From the NCBI GenBank assembly GCA_965221775.1, contig CBDCSU010000005.1, positions 672,001 through 736,000 on the forward strand: a stretch of DNA of 64,000 nt, read 5' to 3'. The stretch comes from Candidatus Latescibacterota bacterium. GTDB taxonomy: Bacteria; Latescibacterota; UBA2968; UBA8231. The notes under the pieces are model-generated. The model made no database searches. It was not told where the DNA came from and saw nothing but the letters and a program-made list of their open reading frames with translations. How positions within the stretch are numbered: position 1 is the first letter of the stretch; each line of letters starts with the position of its first letter. The position numbers and the translations under genes are program-made. Positions 55,521-64,000 of this stretch are shown here, piece by piece.

Positions 55521-58232
55521 ATGCCATCGCACGACCACGTCTGGGTCACCCGCGGCTTCGAGGCCTTCCGCCGTGGGACCTTCGGCAACGCCGGCCAGAA
55601 CCTCTACGTCTCGCGCGCCGGCGTGCTGCAGCGCATCCATCACCTCGACCTCGACCGCGACGGCTACGTGGACCTCGTGTTCTGCAACGCCCAGGTGCAC
55701 ATGGAGGCGCCGCCCGCCTACGTCTATCACGACGTCTTCGGCGAATGCCGACTCACCGAGCTGCCCGCCGGCGGCAGCCCGACCGCGGCGGTGGCCGACA
55801 TCAGCGGCGACGGCTACGCCGACCTGATCATCGGCAACGAGAAGAGCGGCAACGCCGGGCGCCTGAACGCCAACATCTACTTCGGCTCGCCCGAGGGGTT
55901 GAGCGAGCGCTACCAGAAGCTGCTGCCCGCCCACAAGTGCACCTCGGTGGCCGCCGGCGACTTCGACGGCGACGGACGGGTGGACCTGGCCTTCCTGACC
56001 GAGGGCCGCGTGCGGCTGTTCTGCCAGACCGAGCTGGGGATCGAGGCCAAGAGATACGTCGACACCGAGATCGAGGGGGTGCAGCTCGGGGCCGCCGACC
56101 TGGACGGCGACGGCTTCGACGAGCTGATCGTCACCGCCGACGACGGGCCGCCGCGGATCTACTGGGGCGGCGAGGGCGGGATCGACCCCGACCGCTGCAC
56201 GGAGGTGCCGCCCCCCGAGGGCTGGGAGCCGTCCGGCCTGGCCGAGACCGAGCTGCTCTCCGAGGAGGAGCGAGTGGGGCCGGTGGCGCCGCTGGCGACC
56301 GCCCTCGAGATCGGCGGCGAGCGGCTGCTCTTCGTGGCCGGCGGTCCCTCCCAGTTCCTGGTGCCTGTGGGCGATGACCGCGCCTTCGGCCGGCCCCTGA
56401 CCTTCGGCTGCCGCAACGCCCTCTCCGTGGCCGCCGGCGACTTCGACGGCGACGGACAGCTCGACCTCGCCTTCGCCTGCCGCGACGTGGACGGCGGCGA
56501 CGAGTGCAGCTGGCTCTACTTCGGCGGCAATGATGGGTTCTCCGAAGAGGCCCGCCTGGCCGTGCCGACCCACCGCGCCTGCGACGCGGTCCTGGCCGAC
56601 CTGAGCGGCGACGGCGCCAGCGACCTGGTGATCTGCCAGCAGCGCACGGCCCGGCTCTTCAGCGTCGACTCCCTGGCCTTTGCCGGCGGCGCCCGCCGCC
56701 TCGGCGAGCCGGTGCGGCTGCCCGCCCACGGCGCCCGGCGGGTGCTGGCGGCGCGGTTCTCCGACGATCCCCTGCCCCAGGTAGTCTTCGCCAACGCCGA
56801 GGGCCGGCGCGCCGACCAGGGCGTGGACAGCTACCTCTACTACGGCGGGCCGGACGGGTTCTCGCCCGAGAGACGCACGGAACTGCGCAGCCCCGGCACC
56901 GCCGGGGCCCTGGCCTGCGACATCGACGACGACGGCTGGGCGGACCTGCTGTTCATCAACAGCTGGGAGAACGCCATCCACCTCGACGCCGGCTCCTACC
57001 TCTACCGCGGCGGCCCGGAGGGCTTCCACAACGAGCCCGACCTGGTGATCCCCACGCGCTACGGCTGGTTCGCCGCCACGGCCGACCTCGACCGCGACGG
57101 CTACCTCGACCTCGTGGTCTCCCACTTCCACCGACCGGAGATCAACATCTACCGCGGCGTCCCCGGCGGCTTCGACCTGGAGTCGCCCGAGGTGTTCACG
57201 GTGCTGGATGGCCCCGGCGACTACATCCCGCCCCGGCGGCTGGCCCTGGCCGACTTCGACCGCGACGGGTGGCTGGACCTGGTCATCTCCGGCACCGGCC
57301 TGAACCGCCTGGTGATCCTGCGCGGCGGCCCCGACGGGTTCAGCCCCGAGCGGCGCTGGACGCTGCCCACCTCCAACATCTCCGGTTACCCCGTGGCCCA
57401 CGACCTCACCGGCAACGGCTGGCCCGACCTGCTCCTCGGCGGCGGCAAGCCGACCTTCGGCCAGCCCCACGACTCCTTCAACCACATCTTCTGGAACGGT
57501 CCCGAGGGCCTGCGCGCCGACCGCCAGACGCAGCTGCCCTGCAACACCGGGCACCGGGTGGCGGTGGCCGACTTCAACGGCGACGGCGTCCCCGACCTGC
57601 TGTGCTGCGGCTACACGAGCACCGTCGAGCGCGACATCGACGCCCTCATCTACTGGGGCAACCGCGAGACCGGCTTCCGCCCCGGCGACTTCACGCGGCT
57701 CCGGGCCCACTCCTCGGCCGGCTGCCTGGCGGCCGACTTCAACGGCAACGGCTACGTCGACATCGCCATCGCCAACCACAAGACCTTCGGCGATCACGTG
57801 GGCGAGTCCTTCGTCTACTGGAACGGCCCGGAGGGGTTCACCGAGGAGCGCTGCACCCGCCTGCCCACGTCGGGCCCCCACGACCTCGCCTTCGCCCAGA
57901 CCCGCAACATGACGGACAACTCCGAGCAGGAGTACTACGTCTCCGAGCCGCAGCACCTGCCCGAGGGGGCGCGGGTGCGGCGCCTGGACTGGGAGGCGGA
58001 GCTGGGGCCGAAGACCTGGGTGCGGGCCCAACTGCGCAGCGCCCCGTCGCCCGAGGGGCTGGAGGCGGCGCCGTGGACCACCGGCCGGGAGGAGGAGTGG
58101 CTGGAGCGGAGGGAGGCGGTGCCTGAGGAGGCTACCCAGGGGCGGTGGATCCAGTACCGGCTGGCCCTCGGGGCGGTCAGCGGCGGCTGCACCCCGAGGG
58201 TGACAGAGGTGCGGGTCGAGCACGGGAGTTGA
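55521..58232 (+). CDS. FG-GAP/VCBS repeat protein
   Basis: More than ten D(F/L)DxDGxxDL calcium-binding repeats, often followed by IYWG/IYFG; no signal peptide. Confidence 0.9.
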   Translation: MPSHDHVWVTRGFEAFRRGTFGNAGQNLYVSRAGVLQRIHHLDLDRDGYVDLVFCNAQVHMEAPPAYVYHDVFGECRLTELPAGGSPTAAVADISGDGYADLIIGNEKSGNAGRLNANIYFGSPEGLSERYQKLLPAHKCTSVAAGDFDGDGRVDLAFLTEGRVRLFCQTELGIEAKRYVDTEIEGVQLGAADLDGDGFDELIVTADDGPPRIYWGGEGGIDPDRCTEVPPPEGWEPSGLAETELLSEEERVGPVAPLATALEIGGERLLFVAGGPSQFLVPVGDDRAFGRPLTFGCRNALSVAAGDFDGDGQLDLAFACRDVDGGDECSWLYFGGNDGFSEEARLAVPTHRACDAVLADLSGDGASDLVICQQRTARLFSVDSLAFAGGARRLGEPVRLPAHGARRVLAARFSDDPLPQVVFANAEGRRADQGVDSYLYYGGPDGFSPERRTELRSPGTAGALACDIDDDGWADLLFINSWENAIHLDAGSYLYRGGPEGFHNEPDLVIPTRYGWFAATADLDRDGYLDLVVSHFHRPEINIYRGVPGGFDLESPEVFTVLDGPGDYIPPRRLALADFDRDGWLDLVISGTGLNRLVILRGGPDGFSPERRWTLPTSNISGYPVAHDLTGNGWPDLLLGGGKPTFGQPHDSFNHIFWNGPEGLRADRQTQLPCNTGHRVAVADFNGDGVPDLLCCGYTSTVERDIDALIYWGNRETGFRPGDFTRLRAHSSAGCLAADFNGNGYVDIAIANHKTFGDHVGESFVYWNGPEGFTEERCTRLPTSGPHDLAFAQTRNMTDNSEQEYYVSEPQHLPEGARVRRLDWEAELGPKTWVRAQLRSAPSPEGLEAAPWTTGREEEWLERREAVPEEATQGRWIQYRLALGAVSGGCTPRVTEVRVEHGS

Positions 58233-58625
58233 GGGCCGGCCCGGGCAGGATGCCGGCGGCTTGGTGACATCCCGAGCTTGCGCGAGAGCCGGGTGCCGCT
58301 GAGGATCTGCGCGGGGCTGGGGCCGAGGTGGCTGGACCCCGCGCGTTTCGGAGATGCGGGCGGGTCGAGCAAGGCCGCTGAAGGCCAGGAGCTCTGCGCC
58401 GGCGTAGCGGCACCCCGCGCGTGCGCGAAGGAAGAAGGGCTCGAGCCGACCGCTGAGGACCTGCGGGCCGGTTGCCGCGCCACGGTTATACCGCGGTTGT
58501 GCGCGACAGGTCGAGCAAGAGGCCGCTGAGGGCCAGCGAGGACTGCTGCCGCGCAGGCGTGACACCCTCGCGGGCGCCGGGTGCGGTCGAGCGCAGCGCT
58601 GAAGATTCGCGCCGGCAGGATGCCG
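58216..58625 (+). repeat. Degenerate ~74-bp-period intergenic array
   Basis: CGCTGA(A/G)G at 58297, 58376, 58451, 58524, 58597; TCGAGC at 58216, 58365, 58441, 58511, 58587; 12-bp direct repeat at 58244 and 58614. Confidence 0.6.
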
Positions 58626-58638
58626 CGCGCCCGCTGCT

Positions 58639-59889
58639 TCAGATCACTCCCGACAGATCCGCCACGAAGAGCTGGCGCACGCCCTCCGGGCACGCCTGCA
58701 AGCAGACCTTGCGGTAGTCGCGGCTCCAGACCGGGTGGCCGTCCAGGCGCAGGGGCCGCTGCTCCAGGGAGCGCTGGTCGATCGTCGGCAGGGAGCACAG
58801 GCCGCGCTGCTCCTGCGCGTGGAGATCGGCCAGGCGCAGCACCACCTCCTGGCCACCGTTGCCGGCGAGGTAGTCCGTGATCAGCCAGCGGCCCGAGGGC
58901 TCGACGCTCGGGTGGCCCCCGCCCTCCAGGGTGTGGCTCAGCAGCCGCCGGCCGGTGCCGTCGCGGCGCACCTGGCAGTAGCGGATCCCGCCCTCCTCCT
59001 CCACGTTGCGCACCAAGTGCTCGCCGTCGCCGTGCCAGTTCGGATGCCCTCCCCCGGCGTTCCAGGGGGAGTCGAAGGGCAGGAAGCACAGGTTGCCGCC
59101 GTCGGGGTCCATGGCGAAGGTGGCGGGGTTCCGCCCCCCGGTGCCGTCCGGGAAGAGACAGCGCAGGACCTGCATGATGCCGGTGCCCTGGCGGTTGAAC
59201 TTGGAGTGCCAGAAGTAGAAGGTGCCGTCCCCCCGGGGCAGGGGGCGCGGCAGGTGGGCGGCAGCCTCGGCCAGGCTCAGCAGCAGGGTGCGCTCGCCGG
59301 TGGTTAGATCCGTGCGCCAGATGCCCTCGTCCTCGGCGGCACCGGGCGGCAGCAGGCGGGGCCGGGCGGAGGCGGCGCAGGGCACGCCGTACCCCGGCTG
59401 GGTGGCGTCCAGCAGTTCCAGCGGAAAACCGATGACGCAGGACTCGTCAGGGGAAATGTGGTACATCGGCCCGGCGAAGACGGTACTCTGCCCGGTGGCG
59501 AGATCGATGCGCACGCAGCGGGCCTCGCCGTCGACGACGTCGTTGGTGTAGAGGTGACGGTCCGTGGCTCCCCAGTTGAGCAGCGCCCCGGTCTGGAACC
59601 CCCAGCAACGGGTGGTGTACACGGTGCGGAGCGCCTGCTCCTGCAGGTCGATGACACAGACCTGCGCCGTGTCGCCCAGGACCGCCGTCCGGTCCTCGAA
59701 GGGCAGGCGGGTCACGGCGAGGTAGCGCTGGGAGGGGCTGAAGGGGCAGACGTCGTAGTAGGTGTGGACGTACGGGGCGTCCCGAGGTGTCACCCGCGTC
59801 ACGGGGACCTCGAAGGCGCCGGGGCGGAAGGGGTCGAAGTCGAAGCGGGACTCCCCCGCCGGGCCGCCCTTCTCCGACTGACGGGTCAG
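58639..59889 (-). CDS. Beta-propeller protein (oligogalacturonate lyase/TolB-like); start uncertain
   Basis: YYDVCPFSPS.RYL, WHSKFN, GHPNW, GHPS, DGHPVWSRD. Confidence 0.7.
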   Translation of the reverse strand: MTRQSEKGGPAGESRFDFDPFRPGAFEVPVTRVTPRDAPYVHTYYDVCPFSPSQRYLAVTRLPFEDRTAVLGDTAQVCVIDLQEQALRTVYTTRCWGFQTGALLNWGATDRHLYTNDVVDGEARCVRIDLATGQSTVFAGPMYHISPDESCVIGFPLELLDATQPGYGVPCAASARPRLLPPGAAEDEGIWRTDLTTGERTLLLSLAEAAAHLPRPLPRGDGTFYFWHSKFNRQGTGIMQVLRCLFPDGTGGRNPATFAMDPDGGNLCFLPFDSPWNAGGGHPNWHGDGEHLVRNVEEEGGIRYCQVRRDGTGRRLLSHTLEGGGHPSVEPSGRWLITDYLAGNGGQEVVLRLADLHAQEQRGLCSLPTIDQRSLEQRPLRLDGHPVWSRDYRKVCLQACPEGVRQLFVADLSGVI

Positions 59890-60830
59890 GGGGTCCAGGT
59901 CCCGGCCAGCCCGGAGTACTCCCGAGCCTGGCCGGCGATGTCGACGCCCACCTCCGCGGACCAGGCGTCGAGGATCTCCCGGAACACCGGGCCGGGGCGG
60001 CCGTCGCCGATGGGGCGGAAGTCGAAGCGCGTCACCGGCACCATGCAGATGGAGGTGCTCGTGAACCATGCCTCTTCGGCGCCGCGCACATCGTAGGGCT
60101 CCAGGTCGGCCTCGATCACGGGACGGCCGAGCTTCTCCGCCAGCTCCATGCAGGCGGCCCGGGAGACGCCGCGCAGGATGTCGTGGGGATGGGGCGTCAG
60201 GATCTGCCCTTCCTTCACCATGAAGAAGTTGTTGCCCGTGCCTTCGGTGACGAAGCCGCGCTCGTCGGTGAGCAGGGCCATGGCCCCCTCCTCCATGCGG
60301 CTCACCTGCAGGTCGGCGCGCTTGTAGAAGATGCGGCTGCGGCTCTTCACCTTCGGGTCGATGTAGCGCGCCGGCACCGACTGCTGCTGGGGGACGATGA
60401 AGTGGGCCCCCGACTCGTACTTGTCGGCCATGCCGCCGATGTGGCGCACCAGGGGGATGACGTTGATCGTCACGATGGGACTCTCCCCCTCGGGCACCAG
60501 CTCGGCATAGAGCCCCAGGGCCCCGCGCGTGACGTCGTGCATGATCTGGTAGTCGTAGTCGCCGAGGGCCTCGCGGTTGCGCTCGATGGTGGCGTACGTG
60601 GCCTCCTCCATCTCGTCGATGGTCATCTCCAGGTCGATCTCGGCGTAGTCGATGGAGGCGTAGAGGCGATCGAGGTGGTCGCGCAGGCGGTAGGGCTTCT
60701 GCCCGAAGGAACGCGTCATCTCGAAGACCATGTCGCCGTACATCAGGGCCGAGTCGAAGATGGAGATGCGGGCTTCGCTCTCGGGGATGAACTCCCCGTT
60801 GAAGTAGACCCGGCGGCTCGACATGAACAT
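59886..60830 (-). CDS. Class IV (branched-chain/D-amino acid) aminotransferase
   Basis: YGDMVFEMTR, HLDRL, TEGTGNNFF, ILRGVSR, EAWFTST. Confidence 0.92.
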   Translation of the reverse strand: MFMSSRRVYFNGEFIPESEARISIFDSALMYGDMVFEMTRSFGQKPYRLRDHLDRLYASIDYAEIDLEMTIDEMEEATYATIERNREALGDYDYQIMHDVTRGALGLYAELVPEGESPIVTINVIPLVRHIGGMADKYESGAHFIVPQQQSVPARYIDPKVKSRSRIFYKRADLQVSRMEEGAMALLTDERGFVTEGTGNNFFMVKEGQILTPHPHDILRGVSRAACMELAEKLGRPVIEADLEPYDVRGAEEAWFTSTSICMVPVTRFDFRPIGDGRPGPVFREILDAWSAEVGVDIAGQAREYSGLAGTWTP

Positions 60831-60879
60831 CCTCCCCTTTGCGTGGATCTCCCGGCGGGCGCCGGGAAGGGGACCCGCG

Positions 60880-61872
60880 TCAGCCGCGGATCCCTCTCAT
60901 GAGGGTTTCCTGCACCAGCAGCTCGTGCTCGTACGGCCGATCCGGCTCCTGGTCGCCGGCGATCGTCGCCAGGAAGGCGGCCAGCTCCGCGTCGTAGCAG
61001 CTCTGGCGGTCGCGGCCCTCGACCTCGAGGAGCTGCTCGCCCTTGCGGTAACCGCCGCGGTCCTCGTCGAGGCAGAGCCGCACGGTGTGGGCGGGCTCGA
61101 AAGGCTCCACGATGATGGCGCTGCCTTTGGTGCCGTAGACCTCGAAGCGGCGCGCCATGGGCGCCGTCTCCATGGCGGCGATGTCGACGATCGCCATGGC
61201 CCGGTCGAACTCGTAGACCCCGAGGGTGTTGTCGCTGAAGGCGGGAACCTGCCCCGTGTCGTTGCGCAGGAAGGCGGTGACCCGCGTGGGCCGGCCCAGC
61301 ATCCACACGATCAGGTCGAGCATGTGGCCGGCGAGGTCGTAGTGAACGCCGCCGGCGTGGGCCTCGGCGATGCGCGCACGGGCCTCGGCGGGGACACTGG
61401 TCGACATGTGGGCGCGCACGGCGAAGACGTCGCCGAGAAACCCCGAACGCGCCCATTCCATCACCTGGGCGAAGACCGGGTTGTAGCGCAGCATGTAGCC
61501 CATCTGCACGAGCAGGCCCTGCTCGCGGGCGCGGGCGAGGACGCGCTCCCACTGCCCGTAGTCGTCTCCTGCGGGCTTGTCGTACCACACATGCTTGCCC
61601 GCGGCGACGACCTGCTCGGTCTGGTCGAGACTCTGCGAGTTGCGCCCCTCCGAGGCGACGGCGGCGATGCTGTCGTCGCCGAGCATTTCCTCGGCGGTTT
61701 CGTACCAATGCAGGCCCTCGTACACGGCATCGTCAGCGGCCCGGCGGCGCTCCTCGGCGTCGGGCTCGCAGATGCCGGCCACCTCGACGCCCCGGTTGCT
61801 CCTCATGGAGCGCATCTTGCCCGCGGCGTGGCCGTGGCCGGTGCCGATCTGGGCCATGCGCACTTTGTTCAT
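60880..61872 (-). CDS. Gfo/Idh/MocA oxidoreductase
   Basis: ATG 61872; IGTGHGHA, GKHVWYDKP, DLAGHMLD, YGTKGS. Confidence 0.92.
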   Translation of the reverse strand: MNKVRMAQIGTGHGHAAGKMRSMRSNRGVEVAGICEPDAEERRRAADDAVYEGLHWYETAEEMLGDDSIAAVASEGRNSQSLDQTEQVVAAGKHVWYDKPAGDDYGQWERVLARAREQGLLVQMGYMLRYNPVFAQVMEWARSGFLGDVFAVRAHMSTSVPAEARARIAEAHAGGVHYDLAGHMLDLIVWMLGRPTRVTAFLRNDTGQVPAFSDNTLGVYEFDRAMAIVDIAAMETAPMARRFEVYGTKGSAIIVEPFEPAHTVRLCLDEDRGGYRKGEQLLEVEGRDRQSCYDAELAAFLATIAGDQEPDRPYEHELLVQETLMRGIRG

Positions 61873-61967
61873 CGATCTGATCTCCCTTGCGGTCCTGAAG
61901 CGGGCAAGAGTATCCCGGGGCGGGCGGGCGTGCAAGGGCCGGCTTTGCCTGGCTCCCGGGGACCGGG

Positions 61968-61995
61968 TTGACTATGTGTCTCGGCGGCCCATTAT
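61968..61995 (+). promoter_or_regulatory. Possible sigma70 promoter for hsdR
   Basis: TTGACT-N16-CATTAT upstream of ATG 62042. Confidence 0.35.
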
Positions 61996-62041
61996 AGGAC
62001 CACCGGAACTCGGAGACCTTACGACAACCCGGCCTTGTGAG

Positions 62042-64000
62042 ATGAGCGAGACTCCCGAGCAACGCGCCCGCCGCGACATCGACGCGAACCTGGAGGCGGC
62101 TGGGTGGCTGGTCCAGGACAAGGATGAGGTCGATCTCTCCTCGGGCCTCGGCGTCGCCGTGCGCGAGTTCCCCATGAAGCGCGGCTTCGGCACCGCCGAC
62201 TACCTGCTCTACGTCGACCGCACGATCGCCGGCGCCATCGAAGCCAAGGCGGAGGGAACCCTGACCGGCGTGGAGGCGCAGTCGGCGAAGTATGCCGAGG
62301 GCGTCGCCGACGATCTCAACGCCTATCGCATCCCCCTGCCCTTCCTGTTCGAGGCCAACGGCTCCGTAGCCTACTTCACCAACGGGCTCGACCCGGTGCC
62401 GAGGAGCCGCCCGGTCTTCAACTTCCCGAGGCCCCAGACGCTTCGGGCATGGATGGACCAGCCCTCGTCCCTGCGCGCTCGGCTGAGAGAGCTGCCGCCC
62501 CTGGACGAATCCCGCCTGTGGTCGGTCCAGGCCCGCGCCATCCGCAACCTCGAACAGTCCTTTGCCAAGGCCGATCCTCGTGCGTTGATCCAGATGGCGA
62601 CGGGGTCAGGCAAGACCTTCGCCGCCGTCAACGTCGTCTATCGCCTGCTCAAGCACGGTGGGGCCCGGCGCATCCTTTTCCTGGTGGACCGCACCAATCT
62701 CGGCAAGCAGGCCGAGGACGAGTTCGCCAACTTCACACCGCCGGACGACGCCCGGAAGTTCCCGGAGCTCTATACCGTCCACCGCCTCACGGCCAACTCG
62801 ATCAACCCCGCGGCCAACGTGGTCATCACCACCATCCAGCGGCTCTATTCGATGCTGCGAGGCGAACCCGACTACGACCCCGGCAACGAGGAAGGCTCGG
62901 GCTTCGAGTCCGCGGGGCGATGGCGCGGAGACCCACCCGAGGTGTCCTACAACGCCACCGTACCGCCGGAATTCTACGATTTCGTCATCGTCGACGAGTG
63001 CCACCGCTCCATCTACGACCTCTGGAGCCAAGTGCTCCTCTACTTCGACTCCTTCCTCATCGGCCTGACCGCCACGCCCGCCGGGCGCACCATCGGCTTC
63101 TTCAACCAGAACCTCGTCATGCAGTACGGCCACGACGAGGCGGTGGTGGACGGCGTCAACGTCGACTTCGACGTGTACCGCATCCAGACGGCGGTCACCG
63201 AGCAGGGCGCGACCATCGTGGCCGACGACACCGGCGTCTACGTGGACATGCGCAACAGGCTGACACGCAGAGAACGGCTGCAGCTGCTCAACCAGGATCT
63301 CACCTATACGGCCAACCAGCTAGACCGCGACGTGGTCTCGGAAAGCCAGATCCGCACCGTGCTGCGGGAGTTTCGCGACAAGGTGCTGCCCGAGGCCTTC
63401 CCGGACCGGGACGAAGTGCCAAAGACCCTGATCTTCGCCAAGGACGATTCCCACGCCGACGACATCGTCCGCATCGCCCGCGAGGAGTTCGGCGAGGGCA
63501 ACGACTTCTGTCAGAAGATCACCTACCGGACCGGCTTCACCCGGGTCACGAAGCCGGTGACCGACGAGGATGGAACCGAGAGGGAGGTGACGGAATGGGT
63601 GAAGACCGCCTCTCTCACCCCGGACGAGATCCTGGCCAACTTCCGCAACAGCTTCTTCCCGCGCATCGCCGTCACCGTGGACATGATCTCCACAGGCACC
63701 GACGTGCGGCCCATCGAGTGCGTGTTCTTCATGCGCAACGTGAGGTCGGCCGGCTTCTTCGAGCAGATGAAGGGCCGCGGCGTCCGCGTCATCTCGCCGG
63801 ACAAGCTGCGCGCAGTCACCCCCAGCGCCAATGGCAAGGACCGCTTCATCGTCGTCGACGCGGTGGGCGTGTGCGAGGAGGACAAGACCGATTCCCGGAC
63901 CCTGAACCGCCAGCCGTCGAGAACCCTCGAACAGGTGCTCAGCTACATCGCACGGGGCGGCATCGATCCCGAGGCCCTGACCACCCTCGCCGGCCGGCTC
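62042..64000 (+). CDS. hsdR: Type I restriction endonuclease subunit R (partial, runs off the right edge)
   Basis: Manual translation: ADYLL..IEAK nuclease motif, MATGSGKT, LFLVDR, VDECHRS, GLTATP, QMKGRG. Confidence 0.93.
   Translation, partial: MSETPEQRARRDIDANLEAAGWLVQDKDEVDLSSGLGVAVREFPMKRGFGTADYLLYVDRTIAGAIEAKAEGTLTGVEAQSAKYAEGVADDLNAYRIPLPFLFEANGSVAYFTNGLDPVPRSRPVFNFPRPQTLRAWMDQPSSLRARLRELPPLDESRLWSVQARAIRNLEQSFAKADPRALIQMATGSGKTFAAVNVVYRLLKHGGARRILFLVDRTNLGKQAEDEFANFTPPDDARKFPELYTVHRLTANSINPAANVVITTIQRLYSMLRGEPDYDPGNEEGSGFESAGRWRGDPPEVSYNATVPPEFYDFVIVDECHRSIYDLWSQVLLYFDSFLIGLTATPAGRTIGFFNQNLVMQYGHDEAVVDGVNVDFDVYRIQTAVTEQGATIVADDTGVYVDMRNRLTRRERLQLLNQDLTYTANQLDRDVVSESQIRTVLREFRDKVLPEAFPDRDEVPKTLIFAKDDSHADDIVRIAREEFGEGNDFCQKITYRTGFTRVTKPVTDEDGTEREVTEWVKTASLTPDEILANFRNSFFPRIAVTVDMISTGTDVRPIECVFFMRNVRSAGFFEQMKGRGVRVISPDKLRAVTPSANGKDRFIVVDAVGVCEEDKTDSRTLNRQPSRTLEQVLSYIARGGIDPEALTTLAGRL

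Noticed and set aside
55287-58565. 1092-aa minus-strand ORF (and similarly the 988-aa ORF at 26217-29183)
   Set aside because: Antisense shadows of the FG-GAP and TonB receptor genes.
58216-58625. Calling the array a CRISPR
   Set aside because: Only 6-8-nt boxes are conserved; there are no near-identical 25-40-nt repeats and no cas genes in the window.
1-64000. tRNA, rRNA, integrase or transposase
   Set aside because: None recognised by eye, so the island boundaries cannot be tied to att sites; tRNAscan, Infernal and ISEScan would be needed to exclude them.

Overview
GC-rich bacterial DNA. Three proteins end in FlgD-Ig/T9SS-like sorting domains, which suggests an FCB-group organism such as Latescibacterota or Gemmatimonadota (inference). 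Left to right: (1) a minus-strand export operon: ABC ATPase, ABC permease/M1-like giant protein, TolC, MFP, RND, and a second RND that appears fused to an ABC ATPase and runs off the left edge; (2) a catabolic operon with TIM-barrel epimerases, a class III aminotransferase, a GH-like protein and a Thr-type sulfatase-like enzyme; (3) two ECF sigma modules and a TonB-dependent receptor; (4) a visibly more A/T-rich accessory region (about 29-52 kb) with PD-(D/E)XK nucleases, surface lipoproteins, a CotH/DUF4956/HlyD/TolC/VTC/CotH operon, a double AAA ATPase, a WYL regulator, and VIT-vWA and LRR proteins; (5) metabolic genes; (6) the 5' part of a type I restriction subunit. Best leads: a candidate bacterial VTC polyphosphate synthesis/export system coupled to secreted CotH kinases, a WYL regulon defined by three copies of CGAC-N7-GTCGC-N10-(-10), an RND-ABC hybrid exporter, and an unexplained ~74-bp-period degenerate intergenic array. 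All family calls come from motifs recognised by eye; no database searches were run.
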